Source: Hyphochytrium catenoides (taxonomy: Eukaryota > Protista > Hyphochytriomycota). Taken from it: a stretch of DNA of 64,000 nucleotides. The notes below the pieces were generated by a model. It worked only from the letters and a program-made list of their open reading frames with translations. It had not been told where the DNA came from and did not search any database. Both the position numbers and the translations under genes were made by a program. The stretch spans positions 186,001 to 250,000 of the forward strand of contig FLMG01000988.1 in NCBI GenBank assembly GCA_900088475.1, given 5' to 3'. Shown here in pieces: positions 1 through 10,779 of this stretch (position 1 is its first letter; each line of letters begins with the position of its first letter).

Positions 1-372
1 CTTCCTCTCGCTCTTGCTCTCTCTCATTGTCTCCCACTGTCTCTTTTATTTGAACGAAACAAGACATCCGCATTACGACCAGATGTCCACCTCTACAATG
101 AAATATATCAATCAGCACATGCGTAGGCGGCCTTCCTCCCAGGGAATGACTGAAACTTTGTAAACGTCAGCTCCTAGCCATTGTCCAGCGGGACTGATAG
201 TAATGTGGTACCGCTAGGGGTTCAGCCAGGATGTCATACGTAATCAGCTTTGGGGCGCATTATTGTGCTTTCTCAGGGTGACCACGTGTTGTGGTAAGGG
301 TTAGAGGGTCCACATAGAGCAATATTATTACTGCGTGGACAGGGCTGAGCGATTGGTGGATGAAGGGATGAC

Positions 373-376
<4 letters not shown>

Positions 377-403
<27 letters not shown>

Positions 404-690
404 NNNNNNNNNNNNNNNNNNNNNNNNNNNNNNNNNNNNNNNNNNNNNNNNNNNNNNNNNNNNNNNNNNNNNNNNNNNNNNNNNNNNNAGAGAAAGAGAG
501 AGAGAGAGAAGAAAGAGGGGGGAGAGGGCGACAGAGGGGGGGAGCCAGCGAGCGAGAGAAAGACAAAGAGACAGAGTTAGAGACAGAGATAGAGACAGAG
601 AAAGACAGAGAAAGACAGAGAAAGACAGAGAAAGACAGAAAAACATCGGAAGAGAGAAACAGAGAAAGAGAGAGATATAGGGAGAAGGAA
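377..690. repeat. (GA)n / GAGACA-type microsatellite with assembly gap
   Basis: Visible dinucleotide tract flanking an N run. Confidence 0.9.
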
Positions 691-1816
691 GACACCCTGG
701 ACAAAGACGACGACTGTGGAGCCTTGGAAAGAAGGTCTCAACAGATTCGAGCAGGTCGTCGAGTTCTGTAACACTCTGCAGAACATCTTTTGTCTCCAAC
801 ATCACTCACAGCAGTGTTTGCTGGTCGCTGATGCACCGCGATGCGGTCCTGCGCCCTGCGGCATACTCCAACATCCCAACCTCTCACTGAGAGGAGGACG
901 CAAAAGGCGAGTAGTACAGGAAGGTTTGAGCGCAGGAAGCAACCGGTAGACAATATTGGACGCCTCCAAGGAAGGATTGGCCCTTCCAAGTTGGGCTGAC
1001 CGTTCAGCGCACAGGACCTTTCTGGTGGAGTTGCCTGTGGGCCGATGAAGCAGGGGAAAGAGCTCTCGAGGACAAGGATACAAAGATACAGGGTGGAAAG
1101 AGGTTAAGATAATGCAGAGTAAATACCTCGATAAAGGAACTCCCGTGACAATCCGTGCCACTACATGTATATATGTAACGTTGAGATTCAGCAAAGAGCC
1201 AACCCTTTCTCTTTTTTTGTGGAAACTGTGGCGACAGGAGCTAGATGACGTGGGCCAGAGTAAGACTAGGCCAATCCCTAGTAGAGCTTTTACCGATGGA
1301 CAGCTTTCCAAAGCGAAGTTAGCCTCGCCCCGGATGATTAATGGAAGCAACACGCTTAAACGCCACACAAGGCTGTCAGAATGGGTTCTAGGAGTCAATG
1401 GCGGCGCGGCTATGGTGCTCGTAGCTCATCTAAACCGGAGGAATCGTGGCCGGAAGTATCGTGGGTTGAGATGAGGCCATGGACGCACAGTATCTACGGT
1501 GGCCTATCACTTGGTCAAAACAATCCTATTTTTTCCCTGCCATATCCCATATTGCCCTTCCTCAGCAGATTCTCTCTCTTCTCCTGGAATGGTGGTGGCA
1601 GAGGTTGAGAGAGGAAGAGGACAGTGTCACATGATGCGCATCATTGTACTTTTTGTGTGGCTCCTTTCCGCTAATGTACATTAGACTTCATGAGTCTCAT
1701 AAACCCTGAGAGTCTAGGGCCAGGCCCCGATCTGTCCCCTCTCACTATGTGTATGTCTTCGCTCACGCTGCCACGTCGTGCTCCACATTTTCTTTGCTCT
1801 CTGCTAACTAATTTTA

Positions 1817-2417
1817 CTATTCAATGATCAACTCGTCGATTGACCAATCTTCAAAGCTGCCATCAGGTAGATAGCGCCTAATAATCATTGGGATCTTTCT
1901 CTCCCGCAGCTCTTTCATCGCGATTTTCAGAGGGTCAGTCTCGCCGTCAATGTTAACCATTACTGGGGCATTCATACTATATGTACATCGAGAGAAAGTG
2001 TCAGTCTGGCCGCACATTGATGGACTAAGACTAGCAAGAGAGGATAGCTAGCAGTTGATAGGTTACTGAGAGACAAACCGGGAGGCAGTCCTAGATATTC
2101 TCAGCATAATGAAAAGGAGAACATACCTGATCTGAAGTGCTCTGGTCCCTAGTACGCGGGCGCGCTCATACTTGGTCATATATTTCGTGGTTATCTTCTC
2201 CTTGGACAAGGCGGCAGCATCTGCTTCTGATGCATCAATGACGTCCATTTTCTCACCCTCCATCTAATCCTTTCCTTTAGCTACAGGTATCATAAAAAGA
2301 CACAAAACATCTTACCTCTCCTTCTCCATCTCCCATTTCGTCCTCGAACTCCTCCGGGTTTTCCTCCATCTCACCAAAGTCACCTACATCCTCCACCTCC
2401 TCGTAGTCGTCCTCCAT
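1817..2417 (-). CDS. RPB6: RNA polymerases I/II/III shared subunit RPABC2 (RPB6), 3 exons
   Basis: Exons 2417-2316, 2263-2127, 1976-1817 with GT-AG introns. Acidic N-terminus, then [28 protein letters not shown]...[31 protein letters not shown]. Confidence 0.96.
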
Positions 2418-2719
2418 GGCTTTACTCCGACGGTCCCGATCTCAGTTACAGTCAAAAGGTTATGTCTTCACGTTTACCGAGATCCTGCTAGGACCACGTA
2501 TCCATTAACCCCACAGATAGAGCTCTGAGAATGCGTCTGCAAGCTCCACATCAATTGGCAATAATCTCCGTCTCATCAACTCTCCAGTTGCTTTCTCCAT
2601 CCTCCAACACCAACCGCCCAGAACCTCTCCAGGACCAAACGTTGCCCATGGGAATTAGAAATTAGCCTCTCGTGCCCGTTACAATCGCTTCTTTATGTTT
2701 CTCAATTTCTGTTCACCAT

Positions 2720-2960
2720 ACTCTCTCCTCTAGCTCTCTCTCTCTCTCTCTCTCTCACTCTCTCTCTCTCTCCCTCTCTCACTCTCTCTCTCTCTCTCTC
2801 TTTCTTTCTTCGCTCCATCTCTCTCCCTCACAAACTCTCTCTCTCTCTTCTCTCTTACCCCCTCTCTCTCTTCTCTCTCTCATTTTCTCTCGCGTTACTC
2901 CACTCTCTGCCCTTTCTTTCCTCCCTCCTCGCTTCAACTCTCTTCTCTCCCTCTTCCAAT
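2720..2960. repeat. (CT)n microsatellite / polypyrimidine tract
   Basis: Visible tract between divergent RPB6 and JHY-like genes. Confidence 0.9.
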
Positions 2961-3427
2961 CTCTAGCATGGAGGGCAGGTGGCGCCATGGCCACGATCTC
3001 ATATGTTCTCCTCACCTGTAGAACCATGTCTCCTGCTTTCTTGGCCCACCCAAGGGACAGCAGTCAAAGCAAGCTGTGAAGAGGTATCAGTCCTCTTCCA
3101 TCTACTGGCAATATTGTCAAACCTGCTTGATCTCCTCGCCTTTCATCGCTTCATTATCTGCGTTGGCACATCGGAACCCAGGACCCCCGACGCTTCTCCT
3201 GTCTCCATCTAGGAACAGGATACTATTCTATTCTCTGCTTGCCCTTAGTGTCAAAGAAGACTAGCAGAAGAAGAGAGATAGCTGAGTCTAAGAGAAGGCC
3301 ATAGGGCTAACGGCCGGTCACAGAAAGCTCAGAGTCACGTTAGTTGAGTAAGAGAAGAGCGGACAGCGTGAAGAGAAGCGGCAAGAGGTACCAGGAGGCC
3401 AAAGGAGGACACACGCCACCCCCAAAC

Positions 3428-5509
3428 ATGAGTAACAAGGCGTTTCTCAGTCGCTTCCAGAACAAGATCAGCACTGTCTCAGCTCAGGGAAAGATAACTG
3501 GCAGCGGATCTAGCACAGCATATCCCTCTCCTTCTTCCTCCGTCCATGTTAACCAAGGCCCCGTCTCCTTCTTTCATACTTCTAGCCCTGGGGAAGAGGG
3601 ACCTGCGAGGAGAGAGAGCCCGGGGGTAGGTGTGGAGACCTTTGCAGGCAGCAAGAAGTACGTGGTGCCCGAGTATGAGAGCGGTCTCTTCCTGAAGCCG
3701 GAGTTTATGGAAACTTCCACTAGGCAACCAGAGGTCACAGCGTCTCCTGTCAGTGGTAAGTCTGGCATCAGCTCATTCTCTTTCCTGATCGTTCTCTTCC
3801 ATTCCACGGGACATTGCCCGTATCTGTCTCTGCTTAGTTTGGTCTTCTTATGTTCTCACCCTTGTCCTATCCACAGTTTCCTTGGGATTCCCTCTTCCTG
3901 AGGTGGTGTCTTCTCTCTGCTTCTCCCTTTCTGCTGTCTGTCTGTCTTTCTTTTAGTTTTCTGTGTCTTTCTCCCCCTATCTCTCTCCGTGTTGCTCTCG
4001 CTCTCTCTTCTTTCTCTTCGCCTCTCTCTCTCTGACTCCACTGCTCTGGCTGCTCGCCCTCCCTGTGTGTTGGATGAGCCTCAGTCCTCGTCTGCCTTTG
4101 TACACCTTCTGACGAAGATAGCTCGGCTTTCAACTCCCACTTGTCTAGGCACTTTAGCCTTCGAGCATTTAGATGAAAGCATCTCTGTTTTATATTCTCT
4201 TATGGCTAGATTTTCGTAGCTCTCATTCTCACTATTACCTTGACTGCCGTCGCTCTCCCGTCATAGCTGAGAAGAAGTCAAAGAAAAAGCTTAGCCTCAA
4301 AGATCTGCAAGATGCCTCCAACCCCTTTGTCTCGGAGGATCAGGGACCACCTTCAGTCCCATCGTCGGTGCCCAGCCAAGGCAGCAGCACCAGCAACCAA
4401 AGTGAAAGCTTTCCCTTAAAAAAAGCTATAAAAGAAGGTAAAGTACGATGGCCACTTCCATCTAGCTCAATGTTGTTGGGATAGAGGTGACAGTCATTCC
4501 TCTCACTTTGAATGGAGTGTTCTCAATATCAATGTCGCGTTTCAGGGCTCTCTTCCTCTGTCTCTTTCTGCATTCTTGCTCCTCCTCTCTCGTTCTTGGG
4601 TTCTGATCCTTTGGCCCTCCCAGTCTGCTATGCCTCTCACTTGCAGCTGTAGCTGTTTGCCTCGTTGTTCCTTACATGAAGTTTGACATTCCTTCTGCAC
4701 CGCCTGCTCCTTGATATCTGAAGATAAAGTACCTGAGTTCTAGGTCCAATAGCGCTCTATCTCCGCCCTTGGGACCACTCCATCTCTGTCGTAATAGCCC
4801 TCTAAGCTACCTTTCTTTGTCTCTCTCCCTTCTTCCACTTTCTTCTTCTTAAGCCTCAACCAAGAAGCAGGCCCCTAGCACTAAAACAAAGTCCAGATCG
4901 TCCCGTACGTCTCAAGTTCCTTCTTCCTCTCCAGGCGATAAAGCCCCTCGCAACTCGGTAAACGAGTCCAAAGCCAAATCGCCAGAGGAACTTCTGATGT
5001 TCAGCAAGAAGCCTAGGGAGGTGAAGTATGAGCCAAAGACGTTAGAAGAGTACAAGAAGACTGTGACAGATAAGTACTACGAGCTGGGCAAGCTGCAGCC
5101 AGACCTGAACGCAGATGAGTTGGTGCAAAAGAGAGCCAACTTAGAGAGGATCAAGGAGTTCTCCAAGAACCTTAGAGATATTAACATCCAGAAAGCTGGT
5201 CAGCCCAAGAAGAAGCCGCTTGTAGAGATGAAGGATATAGAGAAAGAGAAGTCGAAGAGAGAGAAGGCGTTAGAGTTTGCGAAGAAGATTCCGAAGCCCA
5301 AGCCGGTGCCTAGAGATACTGAAGAACGAGAAGGAGAGGGGGAGTGCGTGACAAGTGTTCAGTCGGGGAGAAAGAGTTCGAGATCCCAGTCTCTAAAGGA
5401 GACGAGTCGCATTGAGCGAGAGCCCCAATCTTCAGAGTTGGAAGAGTTAGAGATGCGGCATTTTCAGGCAAGAAAAAATGTGGAGGAGATTAGGAGACTT
5501 TTCGCCTGA
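3428..5509 (+). CDS. JHY (juvenile hydrocephalus)-like ciliary protein, about 3 exons
   Basis: Last exon has YEPKTLEEYKK...YYELGKLQPDL...KEFSKNLRDIN...REKALEFAKKIPKPK...LEELEMRH, matching my recollection of the Jhy C-terminal domain. S/P-rich upstream exons (about 3428-3755 and 4268-4437) and the start are less certain. Confidence 0.7.
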
Positions 5510-5677
5510 AGGGGGAGAAAGGAAAGTGTATTTATAAATGAAATGTGTTAGCAAAAATGCCTAGGATAGACTCTGTCCTTGCAGGTCTTCAGGGGGTTTA
5601 CTGCCCCCTGCTGTAGGGAGAAACATTCTCTCTGCCCTTGTTTATAACACTCCGAGCCTGCAAGCCTTATCCCAACT

Positions 5678-7749
5678 CTACCGGGGGGGCGATCTTTGGG
5701 GTATGGAACTTCTTTCTGCTACCAGCTCATCATCTCCTGACGCCAAGTCCTGGGCTCGAAAAGGGTCAACTAAGCTTCCTACCTCTGTGGGCTCTGTGCT
5801 GGCTATACAGGGAGAGAGTACCCTACGCCGGTGCCGTCTATCTGTGTCCACAGAGTCAGGGGGAGATGTCAGGATCTCCAACTTCTCCTCCTCCTCGTCT
5901 TCGTCATCCCCTTCGGTCCCTTCACTGCTAGTGGAGGAATCCGTGTGACGAAGGGCTGGGACCGACGAACCATCAGCGCCCGGACTCTCAGAAAGAAGCT
6001 TGTTAAGAAGAATCCTTTTTGATACTTTCTGCTGAAGAATTGCCCGCATTGATTTTGATGACCAGGCCGTCTGGTGCAACCTCTCGAACTCTCGAGACAA
6101 AATCACGCATTTGCTCTCTTCGTTGATGACTCCCCGACCATCTGAGATACGCCTCAGCACTCGAACTATCGTAGAATGTATGAGGGCCACGCTCCTATCT
6201 ACGTTTGTGTTGTCTACGGTAGGGATGAGGTGACTCTGCGCCATCTTGCGTTGCATCTTCTGAATGCAGTTGATGTTGTCGAAGTACTTAATGTACTTGT
6301 TACTCTTAGGGGACAACGTCATGTTCCTGGAACGAACTGCGAACCTCTCACGATGTTTCTTCTCATTGCTGATGTGGATCAGGAAGGGAATGACGCAAGG
6401 GTGTCGCTTCATGATGTCTGTAACTACATCCATAGAGAGATGAACGCCTTCGACTATAAGAGACTTATTTCTTTGCTCGAACGTAGTGAGGATATTCTCC
6501 AGTTTATCGAGCACTGGTCGGCTCTGGAGCATGTAGCCCTTCAGAATTCTTCTTTTGTGAAGTCGCTTCGCGGAAGGAGGCCCAAGGTTACCGCTAGATG
6601 ACTCCATAACGTCATTATCGGTCACATATAACTCCCCTGCCTCGTAGGTGGAGACGAAGAGGCATGGATTTCCCTCCTTAGATGTTACAGACCGCAGGGT
6701 GTGACGGATGGAATCGGTTGACAGGACATTCGTGATGCCAAGCCTTCCAGCCAGGATAGAAGCCAAGGTAGACTTTCCAGTGCCTGAAGTTCCTCCTAGT
6801 AAGATGATAAAGCTTCTGCGCTGTTCAAAGATATCGTTGGCAATGACAAAGTCCATGATGTGGAACCGCCTGCTGTGCTCATAGAGAGCTAGGCCCTCTG
6901 AGACGAGGTCCATAAATTGATTAGCGGATAAGATGCTAACAAGGCGCTTGTTGGCTGACTGTCTGGGTTGTGGGTGGTTCGGCGAAGGTAGAGGCAGTGG
7001 ATAGCGCTGTCTGGCCACCTGAAAGAGCCAGCCAGTTATGGCTGCTGCATACCCTGCACGGCAGCCAATGAAGCTGAATGCCGCTTGCGTCCTATACCTG
7101 ATAATTGATCGTGTGTACCAAAGAGCGGATGCAAACATGGGCCCAAGGACAGACAGAAAGAGGAACTAGTCAGAACGGTGGCCCTCGATAGTAGGAGCGA
7201 GGGTATGTGAGCCAAAGGAGTAAAGGGTCGGGTCAAGGAGTCACTCGGTGAACTATAAATGCTGATCTTGACCTAGGATAGCAGATGACTCTGCAGTACA
7301 TGAAGAAAATGAAAGAAGCTGTCCAATATGATGCTGCAGAGGTAGCGGTAGAGGACGCACCTAGAAAACTGACGAACCTCGACTTCCCCATCCGTTGCTG
7401 ACATAGCAATCTGTGTTAGCTTGAGGCAGCGAGAGAGGCACTCATTCCTACCCATTTGACTCGTCTCATGGCCGCTATATACAGCTAAGAAGTCGGTGGG
7501 GTCAGGTTCTGATGTCATGAGTGAGCCAAGAGAGGAAGTTCCGGAGAGGTTTGAAGCTGGACCACCGTTACCGCTGGTGGGGCCAGTTTTCTTTCCTTCG
7601 GCGGCATCTTCTGATGATCTCGACCGTGGCCGTCTAGTAGATCGCTCTGGAGAATGATATTGCAGCGAGGCCCTGGAGTGCAGGGTTCTTGAGTTAGTTC
7701 TCCGTGGCTGATCCAGCCAGAGATCATCAAGAGAAGGTTCTTTCTGCAT
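5678..7749 (-). CDS. P-loop NTPase of the LPA1 / 2-phosphoglycerate kinase-like family
   Basis: Walker A GGTSGTGKSTLASILAGRLGITNVLSTDSIRH, SLIVEGVHLS, KHRERFAVRSRNMTL...NKYIKYFDNI, DNTNVDRSVA. Upstream exon from ATG 7749 is tentative. Confidence 0.85.
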
Positions 7750-8430
7750 CGTCCAGGAGCCGCCAGGACTAACTCCTCCCACGGCAATTCCACTAGGTTA
7801 GCGCCTCATTCACAATGCTATCTTGAAAGTTTGAACCTTGGAGCAACGCAACTATCCTCCCACTTCCCTATAAGGGTCTTTGAAGAGCAGCAGGTATAGC
7901 AAGGACCGCTCCTATAGCTTTAGAGGAGGATGACACATCAGAGAAGCCGAGACAGCATGCTCTCGAAGCTAAGAAGCCTACACGACCGCCAAGTGAAATA
8001 GTATACAGAAGCCAACGGTGCCTCTAATTGGCTCTGGCAAGCATTGAAGAAATTTGCGGGTTTATCGGCAACCTGCGCTTCTGTTTATCGCTTTTTCTTA
8101 TGTTGGCAAGTTCAGAAGGAACGTGTCAGGACAATGCAGAGGCTTCGTCGTCTTTGAGCAGCATCGCTCAGAAAGGCCAAAAAATAATTCTCTAATTTGT
8201 GAGAACCTTTGTAAATTTGCCTTCAATTCCTCAACTCTGGAGCTTTTTTTGCCTCTCATCTTATCAAAACTGTGCGTAAATCTCCGGAAGAGGTCTCCGT
8301 TTCGGTGAAGCAAAGTTTAACCTTGACAACCTGTCAAAATCCTATTTTCACAATACATGAGGCCTGCAGCAACATAGTAAAGGCCCTACTTTAGAGCTTG
8401 TGGATTTCCAAAACGAAAATTTGGAAATGC

Positions 8431-8434
8431 AAAA
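8431..8434 (-). terminator. Pol III oligo-T terminator of tRNA-Leu
   Basis: TTTT a few nt 3' of the discriminator base. Confidence 0.6.
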
Positions 8435-8438
8435 GGTT

Positions 8439-8519
8439 TACCAACAGCAGGGTTCGAACCTGCGCACGTCTCCGTAGCTGATCTTAAGTCAGCCCCCTTA
8501 ACCACTCGGGCATGTTGGT
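8439..8519 (-). tRNA. tRNA-Leu(TAA)
   Basis: Acceptor stem ACCAACA/TGTTGGT, D-loop GAGTGGTTAA, anticodon arm GCTGA-CTTAAGA-TCAGC, long variable arm, T arm GCAGG-TTCGAAC-CCTGC; 81 nt. Confidence 0.96.
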
Positions 8520-8975
8520 CGCAATGTTAGCGAAGATCGGACTGCCCTACTTTATGAAGGTGATTGAGAGCTTGTGAGCTTCAGAAACTTCGTGTCTGTT
8601 GAGTTCATTGGCCGGTCACAGCGGCCGAAAAAGCAGCAGCAGCTTCCACTTCCGCTCGTGGCCGATGGCAGGGCATTGGTAGAGAATCAATTGCGGTCTG
8701 ACTGTAGAGCTTGTTTAGATCCTCGGGCCTTGATACTCAGTCTAGACATTCTAGGGTCCCCACGCTTGTAGATCGTGTACTGGTCTGGTCTCTGGCTACA
8801 TTCACAGGTGGTAGAGACTAGAGACCCTTTCCCGCTTCTTGTTAGAAGGGGCTTAGCAAAACTCCGCAGAACCTTTCTCTGCGATTCCCCTGGGATAAAG
8901 GCTCTTCTACTGCCCGTCGCAGCAGTAGATTGGAGCATGTAGTGCATGGTCGACGGAGAGAAGCTGGTCGAAGTA

Positions 8976-9162
8976 GAAACCTACTGCTCCGATCGATCCT
9001 TTGACTGGGAGATAGAGCTCGCAAAGGCACCTGAAACCTACTGCTCCGATCGATCCTTTGACTGAGAGATAGAGCTCGCAAAGGCAACTGATGTTGGCTT
9101 GCCGCATATTCTGAATTGGCGCAATCCTTTGACTGAGAGATAAAGCTCGCAAAGGCACCTGA
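8976..9162. repeat. Three copies of a 39-bp palindromic repeat separated by 18- and 32-bp spacers
   Basis: ATCCTTTGACTGRGAGATARAGCTCGCAAAGGCAMCTGA at 8996-9034, 9053-9091, 9124-9162. The first two copies are part of a 57-bp tandem duplication. Confidence 0.9.
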
Positions 9163-9442
9163 TGCTGACGGCAGAACGTAAAGTTTGTTTTAGATGCAGG
9201 GCTGAAAGACGTGACAACTAAGAACGGTTCCTCTGTACATGGCAGTCCAGTAAGCAGTATTATGTCCTCACTCAAATAGTAAATGGGAAAGTTAGAAACC
9301 AATCGCAAGACAGGCTTCAGCGTTGTCTGCTAATTCTTAGCGCGAAGGACTTCAGGACAGCCACAAACCTGATTCCTTTGTGCATGACTTTGAAACCTAC
9401 ACGTCTCTTGCTGTGATTCTATGACGTATTTTGAAGGCCTAC

Positions 9443-9539
9443 GTAGAGACTGTCTGACATCTCAGATTTGATGCAAGAGTTAGCAATGCCTTTTTGTGGA
9501 CTATCATGCATTTTTCCTCGCACCGCGGACAGTCTCTAC
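9443..9539. repeat. 97-bp segment bounded by a perfect 12-bp inverted repeat
   Basis: GTAGAGACTGTC (9443-9454) and GACAGTCTCTAC (9528-9539). Confidence 0.7.
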
Positions 9540-10779
9540 TTACCCGTTCATACTATCCTTACGCTACAGAGTCCAAAGTGAGAGATATGAGGTTTAGATG
9601 CCGTGCAAAAAGATATCCATATCTGTGCCTTTGTTTAAGTCGTTAATACTCGCAACGCCTTTTTACGGAGCTACTGCCTTCATATCGGTTCGCGGAAAGG
9701 AGCTAATGCCAGTAATGCTAGATAGCGAGCTGCTGGCCAGCTAACTCCTCCTCGTCCTAACAGAACCTGCAAATCGGGCCCCAGCACCTAGCTAGTAGGG
9801 TCCTTTGGGAACCAAGGGATTTCATATTCCAGTTACAAGGCTCCCAAAGATAATATCCTGCCTATGCTGGAGGCGAACAAGAACAAAGACGAAGAACCTT
9901 ACCTGTGAGTTTAGGAAGTGGAAGGCCAAAGTGAATAGCGTTCGTGAGACAGTGCAAAACGAGGAGCACCTCTAGGAGAGAAAATCCACGGCAGATCAGG
10001 AGAAGGAAAGAAGTCCTGGAGGCCAAGGTCGCTAGAGCAACGCTGAAGATTGAGGAGGGAGGCGGGCAATGGCGAAAAGAACCTCCTCGAGCTGGCACCA
10101 GAAAACAAGAAGAGGACGAAGTGCAACCATGACGACCATGATGTCAAGGACACAAGAGCCAACCAGCTTAGAGGAAACTGAAGAAGAAGAGACAACGGTT
10201 GAAAGCAAGAGAACACAACTTCCTTTTTAGTTTAATGAACGCACTGCTTTAGCCTCCTCTCTTAGCTTCCAGTGGTGGGAACCATTCATTCCTTACATGA
10301 TGGGCTCGTATTGAGTGGGTTCTTCAGTAAGTGGTTGATACGGAGGTAGTGTCTTCACGTGGCTGAGTGTATTTAAAGAAGAGCGATATACATTTGGCTG
10401 GAGCGGTCGAACGTGAAGTTCGTCGTCTATCATTTCGACGTCTAACGGGGCTATCGCTTAGGCTACTAGGATACCGATGAGCGCGCTGAGGACTCGGGTC
10501 TTTCCTAATTTGGGCATCAAATCACCAGCCGAACCGGAGAAAGTGGGGTTGTGCGGGGATAAATAATAACGCATCTCTTCTTCTGCTGTCAGGCATACAT
10601 ATCTAAAAATGAACAGGGAACAAGACATCTTGCTTTACTTTGACAAGGCAAGTGCTCGAGCGATTAACTCTCGTGAGATAGAACTTCACTACTAGCGTTA
10701 GCTAAGGAGGATATACGAGGCAGTTGCTTTCCAGAGCGGGAGGGAACAATGAGCGATAGATAAATAAACTACTTTGCTA

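Noticed and set aside
690-890. Minus-strand frame ...ISDQQTLL*VMLETKDVLQSVTELDDLLESV with an in-frame TGA (selenocysteine or readthrough?)
   Set aside because: No recognisable protein family, no redox motif context and no SECIS identified; no coherent gene model could be built for 1-1800.
8404-8428. 9-bp perfect hairpin downstream of tRNA-Leu
   Set aside because: AT-rich, short and beyond the Pol III T-run; no evidence of function.
8976-9162. Bona fide CRISPR array
   Set aside because: Eukaryotic context, only three repeats, one spacer duplicated and only 18 bp, no cas genes; kept only as an unexplained repeat.
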